Part shown: positions 48,190 to 60,100 of the stretch, in pieces | Layout of the letters: each line of letters opens with the position of its first letter | Numbering within the stretch: position 1 is the first letter of the stretch | Assembly: GCF_964355755.1 (NCBI RefSeq) | Contig: NC_092673.1 | Location: 18,163,648-18,227,647 of the forward strand | Length of the DNA stretch: 64,000 bases | Direction of reading: 5' to 3' | Source of the DNA: Antedon mediterranea | Lineage: Eukaryota; Animalia; Echinodermata | Program-made: the position numbers and the translations under genes | Notes under the pieces: model-generated | What the model was told of the DNA's origin: nothing | Seen by the model: the letters and a program-made list of their open reading frames with translations, nothing else | Database searches by the model: none

Positions 48190-51100
48190 AAGAGAATGTG
48201 TAGGCTTACTTTTATACTAGTTAGAAGCTATCGGCATTAATAAATGTTAAATGAAGACACTGTATTTTGAAAATGGAAAGGTAGGTTTCTTTAATTTTAT
48301 TATTTCAAATCAAAAAGATTAACCTTCAATTAATTTATAGTTTAAATGAAAAAGATAACAATTTAAGATATTATTTGTAGAAAAATTACTTTTCAAATGT
48401 TCTTAAAAGATTACGAAATCATAAATATTACAATTAAAGGGCCCATTTTCATCGAATTTAATGATGATATTATTTCCCATCAATCGTCATTTTCATAAAC
48501 TAATGTAACACTTCATTATAATCTTTTATAATCATTTTAACAGGAACAAATTAGAAGAAGCTTTGCATAGGAATGATTTGCAAACAATTAAACACATTTG
48601 TAGAACACAGCCAGATCTTGTGAAATCTATCAATGAGGTATTAAAAATATATATATATTTTCATAATATTAACAAAAAGAAATTCTTTTCATTGAAATTT
48701 AAAATTTAAAATTTTTTACTACATTATTTAGCTGTAATTTTTGCTGCTATTTATATTGACAGAAAACCAATTTCACATAATGTCTGTTGTCAGTATTTAT
48801 AAACTTTATTATTTTAATTCCTTTCCAGGATGGGGACACTCCATTACATGAATATCTAAGAACAGTAAATCCTACCTTAGATATAGTGACTTGTCTTATA
48901 CAGAATGACACATCTGCAGCAACATTGCAAAATAAGGTAATCCACAGGTATTTGCTAGTGTAGTAGGCAACCATTCTCTGCAGTAAACCATTCTATTTGT
49001 TTATCAATAATGACAAATAGGATTTTTTACTACATTATTTAGCTGTAATTTTTGCTGTTGTCAGTATTTATAAACTTTATTATTATGATTCCTTTCCAGG
49101 ACGGGGACACTCCATTACATGAATATCTGAGTAAAGTAAATCCTACCTTAGATATAGTGACTTGTCTTGTACAGAATGACACATCTGCAGCAACATTGAA
49201 AAATAAGGTAATCTACATGCTAGTGTAGTAGGCAACCATTCTCTGCAGTAAACCATTTTATTTGTTTATCAATAATGACAAATAGGATTTTATACTACAT
49301 TATTTAGCTGTAATTATTGCTGTTGTTTATATTTACAGATAAACAATTTCACATGATGTCTATTATTAATATTTATAAACTTCATGATTTTGATTCCTTT
49401 CCAGGATGTATATTGGAAATTGACTATAATATAGTTATGTGCTTAAACCATTTGAAACAAACTAATTTGCTCAGAAAGCCAATTGCCTCCAGCCAAAAGT
49501 AATCTTTGCTCCCCCTTTTGATTTATTTCTGGTTCCACTCCTGGGTACCCTGATTTCAGTTCCATTTTGAATTTGTCATCAAAAAGAGCAATTATATATA
49601 ATGTTTATTTCTGGTTCCACTCCTGGGTACCCTGATTTCAGTTCCATTTTGAATTTGACATCAAAAAGAGCAATTATATATAATGTTTATTTCTGGTTCC
49701 ACTCCTGGGTACCCTGATTTCAGTTCCATTTTGAATTTGTCATCAAAAAGAGCAATTATATATAATGTTTATTTCTGGTTCCACTCCTGGGTACCCTGAT
49801 TTCAGTTCCATTTTGAATTTGTCATCAAAAAGAGCAATTATATATAATGTTTATTTCTGGTTCCACTCCTGGGTACCCTGATTTCAGTTCCATTTTGAAT
49901 TTGTCATCAAAAAGAGCAATTATATATAATGTTTATTTCTGGTTCTACTCTGGGTACCCTGATTTCAATTCCATTTTGAATTTGTCATCAAAAATAGCAA
50001 TTATATATAATGTTTATTTCTGGTTCTGCTCCTGGGTACCCTGATTTCAGTTCCATTTTGAATTTGTCATCAAAAAGAGCAATTATATATAATGTTTATT
50101 TCTGGTTCTGCTCCTGGGTACCCTGATTTCAGTTCCATTTTGAATTTGTCATCAAAAAGAGCAATTATATATAATGTTTATTTCTGGTTCTGCTCCTGGG
50201 TACCCTGATTTCAGTTCCATTTTGAATTTGTCATCAAAAAGAGCAATTATATATAATGTTTATTTCTGGTTCCACTCCTGGGTACCCTGATTTCAGTTCC
50301 ATTTTGAATTTTTCATCAAAAAGAGCAATTATATATAATGTTTATTTCTGGTTCTGCTCCTGGGTACCCTGATTTCAGTTCCATTTTGAATTTGTCATCA
50401 AAAAGAGCAATTATATATAATGTTTATTTCTGGTTCCACTCTGGGTACCCTGATTTCAGTTCAATTTTGAATTTGTCATCAAAAAGAGCAATTATATATA
50501 ATGTTTATTTCTGGTTCTGCTCCTGGGTACCCTGATTTCAGTTCCATTTTGAATGTGTCATCAAAAAGAGCAATTATATATAATGCAAACTATAGATTGA
50601 TTATTAATTACTTTTATCTTGTTACAAAATGTGTTCATTAGCATCATACTCTTGTGTAGTAGGCTAACATTCTATATAATCTTTAAAAAAGATGGGGGTT
50701 TGCTCATATAGCCTTTCACCTTGACCGTTTGACCATTCACCACATTTTCAAAATGTGTATACCAAGCAAAAAATGATTGTTTGACCACCCTAAACCAATT
50801 TCTGAAGTCAAATTCTCTGGAACTCAAAGTGCATACAAAAGTTAATCTAGCTTCTACAGTATCATTAATTATGTCCATTTTATATCGGTTTTCTTTTTAG
50901 TAGAACAACCTATGGCACACATGATGTGTAATTAACCAATCAAATCAGATACACTAGTCAGGTGTGTTATAATATTGTATATGTAAATGTATGTATTTTA
51001 TAGGAGGGGAATACACCTGTGAATGTTTTAGAAAATAACATGCAGATGGTTTACCAGGAAAAAAACAAGATTTTAAAGTTCTTTGACAGTAAGTAAGTTT

Positions 51101-54100
51101 TCTAGTAAAGTAATCATCATAATATTAACAAAGGTTCAAGATTCACCTGCTCCATGGGTCTGGTAGAACGAGTCTTCTCGGATAAGGACTGTAAACCGTA
51201 ATTTCAGTGCACAAATGCCTGTGTTCACTTTGAAGAACCTAGTACATCTAAAGGATGAGTAGGAGTTACCCTGATATACTTGTTCACACACAGCCACTGT
51301 CTTAGAATTGGCAACACTGACTTGACATGACCCTTAGGGGAAAAGAACTAACATTATAGATTTATATTTATTTCTACTTTATAATTTCATATTAGAATTC
51401 TTAGTTCCTGCCGAAATATATGCCAAAGGTGCACATGCAATTAAGATATATAAAGATGAGTTAGAAAATGGTGAAATTGCAGTTGTAAATGCAAGGTGTA
51501 TGTTCCTTGGAAAAGAAGGTGCAGGCAAGACTAGTTGTGTAAAGGCCATGCTTGGAAAAAGGTAACAAGTAAAATTGATGTGTGTATATGTAGTAACTCA
51601 TATGTTTTTTTTTAATAAAAAACCCCAAAAAACATGTGTCTATTTCGTGAGATCCCTACCTGTATAGACTCTACATATGCCATTATTCCCAATATGGACA
51701 CCCCTCGAAAGGAAAATGGAATAGTCCAGGGGCCGTACAAACGTCTCTCACGCATGACATCGTCCTCATATTCCTTTTGCTTTCCATGGAAAGCGAACGT
51801 GTGACCTTGAAACCTTGAAGGAAAACTAATTAAAAGAACAATAACAAAGGACACCTGGCTAGCAACGCATACCTTTGTGGACTTTATTGTGTTTACAGTT
51901 TAGCAGCATTCTTGTGAAAAGAAGCTTCTATCAACAGTATCCTTATTGTTTGCAGCCATGTCTGCTCGTAAAGCCGCAGCCTGTTCTGTGTGTGGCGGGC
52001 CCCGCCCGTCCACGAAGCTGGACCGCCATTTGGCGTGCCCGCGCTGCCGCAAATGCAGCCAATCTGCGACCTGCGAGGTATGCATACGCTGGCCTGCGGC
52101 GAAGTTCAATTCCGCCGATGAGTGGGCCTTGGCGCACTCTAGCCCCCCTGGTAGAGCCATGTCTGTTAGCTCCGGGGTCGTACTCCCTGACCCGCTGCCT
52201 GTGCCTCAGGTGCTAAGCCTGGATATGCTGAAATTAATATCAGAGCAAGTGAGTAAGACCCTAGAGGAGAGGGAGCGCATTAAAACTGGATCGTCCAGGG
52301 CACCTCTTCCCGTCCCCTCGCTTAACAATCCAGGTATCGAGGTGCGTGTCTGTGGGGATTCCACTGACATAGATGATGGGTCGGAGCCTGAATTTGACGT
52401 TGATGATACGCCACTCCCGTCCGGACTTCACCAGCTCGTCTCTAGGGCGCTACCGGGTATTCTTTCCCACTTGGGAATCCCGTATGAAACACCTGATGCT
52501 TCTGGAGGTTCTCTGGGCGGTGGCCTTTGGGACTCGCTCTCCCAAACTGTGACGACCTCTAATGTGCCTGTTGTGGGGATCCACCCAGACTTGCTGAGAC
52601 GAATTAACCGTCAGGCCAAAATATTAAGGACCGCTAAGTTTAAATCAGTTTATAATCCCGGTAAGGTTCAGAATGGACACGCTGGTCACGGTCCTACATG
52701 GCCTGTGTCCCAGAGACTGGGCAGCATTCATTCAATCCCTGGCGTTCCCATCACAAGCTCGCATAGAGACCTGTCGGACAGCGATAAAACTCCTGTTGTC
52801 CCAACCATCATCTCCAGCCCTGATGTGGCTGAAAGTTCTGGGGTACCTTGCGAGTTTCGTAGATTTAGTTCCGAACTCCCGACTTCACATGCGTCCGATG
52901 CAACTCCACCTCCTTTACCATTTTTCCCCTTCCACCAGAAACATTCTGGCCCAGGTCCCGCTAAATACATTCGTAGCTTCTCACGTTCAGTGGTGGCTTC
53001 AACCAGGAGGGTTGGACGGGGGAAAACCTTTCTCCGATCCTATTCCGGCGGTGTGAGTCACCGTCGACGCCTCCCTCTCTGGGTGGGGCGGTCATGCGCC
53101 TTCCGAGCAGGTAGCGGGAACCTGGACCATGTTGCAATCAGCCCTCCACATAAATGTCCTAGAACTTCTAGCAGTCTCAAATACTCTACACAGTCTGCTC
53201 CACTTGTGTCACGGGGAGGCTGTTTTGGTGCTGTCCGACAGCGCCACGGTGGTATCTTACATCAACCGTCAGGGCGGGACGCACTCCCCAACCCTGTGTT
53301 GTTACACATGGCAGCTCCTGAACTGGTGCCACCAGCAGGGGATCCACCTAAAAGCAATTCACATTCCCGGCAAACTCAACACGATTGCCGATGCCCTCTC
53401 CCGTCGCAAGGGCTCTGTCTTTCCGACCGAGTGGATGTTATCGACAGCCGTCGTCCAACAGATCTTCAACACGTTCGGACGACCTCTCATCGACCTGTTT
53501 GTGACGAGCCGGAATGCTCAACTTCCAATTTTTTGCTCCCGGTACCCAGAAGCCACGGCCTGGGCCACCGACGCCCTGTCAATCTCATGGAACGGGATGT
53601 GGGCGTATGCCTTTCCGCCCTTCCTCTAGTCACAGCTCGCATTCGCCGCCATCAATGCAAAATCCTCCTGGTAGCTCCATGGTGGTCTCGCCAGACTTGG
53701 TTTCCAGCAATGCTGAGTCTGCTTTATTCACAACCCAGGACCCTGCCAATTCGGCCCGACCTCTTAGTTCAATCCCGGGCCCGGCTAGGCCTTCACAACC
53801 TGCAATCCCTGACGCTGACTGCCTGGCCCTTGTCAGGAATCGCCTCAGAAGTGCAGGAATTCCAGACGGGCCTGCCTTGTTGGCAGCCCAGTCTCGACGG
53901 GAGTCGACAAGAACACTATACAACAGCCGCCTTAAGCGTTTTACTCGATGGTGTGCCGGTTATGAAATCGATCCTCATTCCGCCTCTCTACGCAAAGTCT
54001 CCCGGTTTCTCCATGACCTATTTGAGTCGGGACTCCAGGTCAGAACCATAGCGGGGTACCGGTCAGCTATTGCAGTAGTAGTACCGAGGTTCCCCGACGG

Positions 54101-57100
54101 ATCGTCAGTATCCTCTTCTTCAGAACTACCGATGCTGATAAGAGGAATGTTTAATGCTCGACCTCCCGTGCGGTCTTTGCTTCCCCGGTGGGACTTAAAC
54201 TCGGTCCTTGAGGCCCTTACAAAACCGCCATACGAACCCCTTGGTTCAGCATCTCTGCTCGATGTTTCTATTAAGACTGCGTTTCTAGTAGCCGCAGCGT
54301 CATGTAAGCGTAAGGGTGAGATTCACGCACTTTCCTTAGACCCTGGCCATATTCGGTTTGAGAACAACGGTGTTCGTCTCACTTTCCGAGCAGGGTTCTT
54401 AGCAAAGACCCAAACCCTGAACCACTCTCCACCAACCATTTTTATTTCTAAAATTTCCTCGCACTCCTCTGTGCGAGAAGACAGGCTTTGGTGCCCAGTG
54501 CGTGCGATACAAATATATGTTAATCGCACGCAACATTTACGAAACGGAATGTCACATCTGTTTGTGACGACAATAAAACCCCATGGCCCCGCCTCTAAGG
54601 ATACGATAGCCTGTTGGGTCGTTTCCGCCATCAAGTCAGCGTATGCATCTTCACGCTTGCCGCCGCCAGCTCATATGCATGAGGTGCGCGGCTCAATGGC
54701 TTCGTGGGCGTTATTTCGGGGTGTGCCCGTTTCGGATATTTTAGCGGCGGCATGGTGGAGAGCTCAGACCACTTTTTCATCGTGCTACCTCCAGGACGTT
54801 GTCTCGTCCCAGGCGACCGTAGCGTCGGCAATTTGTCGGCCTTCTAAGTAGGGTAAGTTTGGTTTTAATCACAATCACGCCCTCCTCCTGATGCCGGTTC
54901 TACTCTGGCATATGTAGAGTCTATACAGGTAGGGATCTCACGAAATAGACTACCAACACCACTGTTGGTTTGTGTAGTTTATACCAATCCCCAAACTTTG
55001 GCTATTGTTTACTTGCTTTGTCCTATTGTAAACTAAAGCCTAGTTTGGCTTAGTTCTCATACTACCAGTCTATCTTGTGATGACCAATCATCTCAGACTA
55101 TGCTACTTTATATATTAGACACTGAAATATAAAACAAATATTATGTTAAAATTTGATTTTTGTAATCAAAGATGTATAAATATATGGGGTTTCAATCTTG
55201 AGATTTTGCTTTTTAAAATTATTGTCAAACTTATATATTAACTATATACAACTTATAAATATTGTTCAACTTTACTAATACATTGTTATAATAGATTTAA
55301 TCCCAGAGAACCATCTACTGATGGTATCGTTGCAACTACAGTGTTTCAGGCAACTAATAAGAGCAAATGGAAAAAGATGAAAGATGTAAGAGGTAAGAGT
55401 CAAGGAAATGCTAGAGGAAAATATTGATTAACGTCCGTATATAACACATTCAAAATGTTGCTATGAATTTAAACCAATTTTTTAAGTTCCATTATTAATC
55501 TTACTGTACATTGTATAACAGCAGTTTAATGACATTTTGAACAACGCTATTAAGTACTGTAGTTAAAAATATGTAGACTCATAAATCTGCTAGTAGGCCC
55601 TTAACCTTAAAATAAAAAATGTATGTCTTCCTTTAAATAAGATTCCATAACACAATTATCGTCATAATTGAATTTACGAAACAACCTCTTATTTTCAATA
55701 CCTTCAAAATGTATACCAAATTTGTAGGTATATTGATATACATTGTCTTGTCTTGGCACGACTGGACTATTGTAATTGTTAAAGAAGCCATCTTTGGATG
55801 TTGAGAAATTTGCAAGTTACAGACCCATTTCCAATCTTCCATTTCTTCGAAAAATTATTGAGAGGGTTGTGTCCAGTCAGCTGCAATCATATCTGAATAG
55901 TGTAATGATTTTGGGGTAGAAGGAAAAGATAGAGGGCAGCAGATGGAGGCAGAGTTAGGCAGGAAGAGTAGGAGAGAACGGACGTGAGAAAAAGAGCAGG
56001 GAGGGATTGGAGAAGGAAGGCAATGGAGGGTTACCTCGAGCTGCGTTAAAAAGGAGGGAGAGATTGGAGCTGGAAAAGCGGAGAAGCAGGGACATAAGTA
56101 GGGACATTAGAGAAATTGGAAAACAAAGTGTAGAGAGGATTAGAGAAAAGAAAGAGGAAATTAGAGCTGAATAATAAAAGGAGAGTTAAGACACAGCAAG
56201 TAAGTTAGCCGGAGGGTACAGCCTACCGCTTGTGCTGCTGTTGGAGACATAGTGAGCCGGAGGTTGCGCCTACTGTACTGGTTGTATCACTATTTGAGAC
56301 ATAGTGAGCCGGAGGTTGCGCCTACTGTACTGGTTGTATCACTATTTGAGATAGCTGAGCCGGTGGTTGCACCTACTGGTTGTGTTACTGCTTGAGATAT
56401 AGTTAGCCGTGGTACACCCTGTGGTTGTGATACTGGTGGGTACACCTAGTAGCCAGTGGTTAAGACCACTGGTGGTTACCCTGTTAGCCGGTACGTGGTT
56501 ACACCACAGTTGGAGGTTCCACCTTAGTTGGTGGTTACGTGCAGTTGGAGGTTACACCTTAGTTGGTGGTTACGTGCAGTTGGAGGTTACACCTTAGTTG
56601 GTGGTTACAGGCAGTTGGAGGTTACACCTTAGTTGGTGGTTACGTGCAGTTGGAGGTTACACCTTAGTTGGTGGTTACGTGCAGTTGGAGGTTACACCTT
56701 AGTTGGTGGTTACGTGCAGTTGGAGGTTACACCTTAGTTGGTGGTTACGTGCAGTTGGAGGTTACACCACAGTTGGTGGTTACGTGCAGTTGGAGGTTAC
56801 ACCTTAGTTGGTGGTTACGTGCAGTTGGAGGTTACACCTTAGTTGGTGGTTACGTGCAGTTGGAGGTTACACCATAGTTGGTGGTTACGTGCAGTTGGAG
56901 GTTACACCATTGTGTTGGTGTACGTTGCTGTGGAGGTTACACCATTGTGTTGGTGGTTACGTGCAGTTGGAGGTTACACCATTGTGTTGGTGGTTACGTG
57001 CCATGGAAGTTACACCATTGTGTTGCTGTGGAGGTTACGTGCGGGTGGTGGTTACGCTACTATTTTAAGTCCGGCGTAATAACAGAACTAATCAGATTAA

Positions 57101-60100
57101 TTATTATAATCACTTGTACACATAAATTAGAAATCAGAGAAGAATAAAGGAGGCTACTCCAAAGATTGTAATTGATTTGTGTGTTTAGTTCATTCGTGGT
57201 ACCGCAGACCTTTCCCCAAAAAGGGAACGAACCCGAGGACGGATTTTCGTTACAATAGAAATGGGTTATTTGCCACTAGACAATCCGCCTATCGTCCAAA
57301 CCATAGTGTAGAATCTGCACTTCTTCTTGTGCATAATGATATTAGCATTGCACTTGACAACCATAATGAGGTTCTTATGGTCCTTTTGGACTTCAGTGCT
57401 GCTTTTGACACCATCAACCATAAGCAGTTATTACATCGTCTATCATCACGTTACGGTATCTCTGGAATTGGTCATAATTGGTTTGCATCATATCTAAATG
57501 ATAGGTCCCAGTCCATTGTCATCAAGGATGTTTTGTCGAACCCGTCTCTGCTTACTGTTGGAGTTCCACAAGGGTCTGTGGTTGGTCCTCTTCTGTTTAT
57601 TTTATTTACCGCCCCACTACTTGACCTCATTGAATCTCACAATGTGAAGTGTATGGCGTATGCTGATGACACTCAGCTTTATGTCACTTTCAACCCTAAT
57701 CAGCGTGATTCTGCCGTCAGTAAACTTGAATCCTGTATTGCCGAAGTCAGAGCATGGTGTCAATCTAACAACCTGGTAACGAATGATGCTAAAACAGAAC
57801 TTATTCATTTTTCCTCTCGTTTTAAACCTGCGTGTAATTCTTTCATTCAACCTTCCTCATCCTGTAGAAACCTTGGAGTTGTCATGGATTCAACGCTTAG
57901 CATGTCCAATCAGGTACATAACATCTGCAAAGCTGGGCTTCACGCTATTCGTAAAATTGGAAGCATTCGGAAGTACCTGGATTCAAAATCAACTGAGATT
58001 CTTGTTCACGCCTTTGTTACATCAAGGCTAGACTGTTGTAACTCATTACTTTATAGCTTACCAGCAAAGGATATCGAGTCCAGAACACAGCTGCCCGATT
58101 GGTCGTTCAAAGCCCCATAAGGCAACATATCACACCTGTGCTGAGACAGCTTCATTGGCTTCCAGTAACACAAAGAATTACCTTCAAGATCCTGCTATTT
58201 GTTTTCAAAGCTCTTCATAATTCTTCATCTAAGTTCATTTCTGAACTTATTCAACCTTATTTTTTTATTTATTTTTATTTTATATATTTAGGCAAATTGC
58301 CAAGGATAACCATAAGCAAATTCAATCACTATCCTTCTTAAAGGTGGCAATCCGTTCACGAGACAAACATATACACACAATGCTCTACATAAACAAAGTC
58401 TTTATTACAAGTCTTTGGGAGTGGAGTTGTAAATTGTCATTAGAAAAAATCCTGACATATGACAGGACTTGAACCCAGGACCCTTGGATTGGCAGCCAAG
58501 CATCATAACCACCAGGCCACAACTCCACTCCAAGCGGTCCTGAGATCTAATTCAGATAATTCAGATAATATTTATTTAGATAATAATGAATGAATATATA
58601 CAAAATAGAAAAAAGATATTAAAGTGAACATAGATAAAGCAGTAATTGGGGTAGTCATTATTATCATGGATCCCTTCTAGAAGTTAAAAACTTGTCTCGT
58701 AGGGACCCACAACAAAACACATTACTAAAAAAATAAAAATAACCTAGAATATATAATTATATAATTTAGGATAAAAAATTACAGTATAATAACATAACTA
58801 ACATCTTCTATATAAAAATCATTTAAATTATATTTCAATAGTTTCATGATAATTATAAATGAAATAGTAATAGTAGTAGTAGATATTGGTAAATGAAATA
58901 TTATTAATAAGATCTAAAACGGCATGGGATGTAGAGTGATTTTTTCGAAAACCATATTGGCGTTTATTAAGTATATCAAATTTTGTGAGATAATCAGAAA
59001 GTTTAGAATACATGAGTTTTTCAATAATTTTGGAAAACACTGAAAATTAGATAATTGACTTCGTTCACCTTTCTTGAAAATGGGCACAACTTTAGCTAGT
59101 TTTAAGTGTGTTGGAAAAGTGCCAGATAAAAAAGATGAATTTATACAATGGGTAAGTTGGTGGATGATTAAGGGAGACACAGATTTTAAGACACGAGCAG
59201 TAATACCGTCAGATCCAGACCCTTTATTAGAATTTATATTGTATATTGTTAGGTTAACATCATCAATTGAAACTGGGCTAATATAAAATGAGTTGGCAAA
59301 CGTAGAATGAAGATAAGATAATGGATCAGTTATATTAGTTGGCATACTATTAATAAGATTAGGACCAATTGTAGAAAAATAGTTGTTAAACGATTCACAC
59401 ATCTCTTTTTGAGTTTTGTAAATATTATCACCGTCTTTAATTAGATTCGGGTGCTTGTTATTATTATTACCTTTATTTAAAACAGAATTTATTACAAGCC
59501 ATGTGTTCTTCAAATTACCTTTATATCTATCAAACTGGGAAGTATAATAATTCTTTTTAGCAGTGCGACAAAGATTAGTGAAAATATTATTATATTTTGT
59601 ATAGTTTAATTTGTCATTATTACTACGCGTGTGCATATATTTGTTATAAAGTTTATGTTTCCGAGAACTACATTTTAAGAGAGCAGATGACATCCATGGT
59701 TGTTTAAACGTTTTATTTGATTTTATATTACTTTTAACCAAGTGTCTGGAGTGGATATTTGTAAATTGAATCAATCGATAAGGCATTTAGGTCGTTTATA
59801 CGAAATGAATAGTTGGCGCTATTATCATCAAGGTTTTGATCATTAATTTCTTGATCAATGAACTGAAATATAGGAAGGTGGTCGGAGATATCATTAAGTA
59901 AAACACCAGCAACTATTTTATAGTTAGATTGTTTGGAATAAAAATGATCAATCAAGGTTGCCGAAGTTGAGGTAATCCTAGTTGGTTTTGAAATAGTTGG
60001 AAAAAAAGAATGGGAAATTAAGGTATTTAGGTAGGTGTTTGTTAATTTATGGTTATGGAATTTTAATAAATCAATATTGAAGTCTCCCATGAGATGACAA

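Larger units (their letters stand above)
51638..54950 (+). mobile_element. DIRS-type tyrosine-recombinase retrotransposon, RT core deleted
   Basis: Perfect 45-bp inverted termini (51638-51682 / 54906-54950) and a GC-rich body. Contains Cys/His-rich gag, RNase H (VDASLSGWG, HINVLELLAV, SDSATVV, NTIADALSR), methyltransferase-like IDLF..YAFPPF and a tyrosine recombinase. Confidence 0.93.

Noticed and set aside
51946-54051. 701-aa ORF as a single novel protein
   Set aside because: Only the first ~230 aa look like gag. The rest is the overlapping alternative frame of DIRS pol, joined by the deletion.
56409-57147. Trp/Gly-rich ORFs
   Set aside because: They are translations of the 35-bp repeat within the solo LTR.
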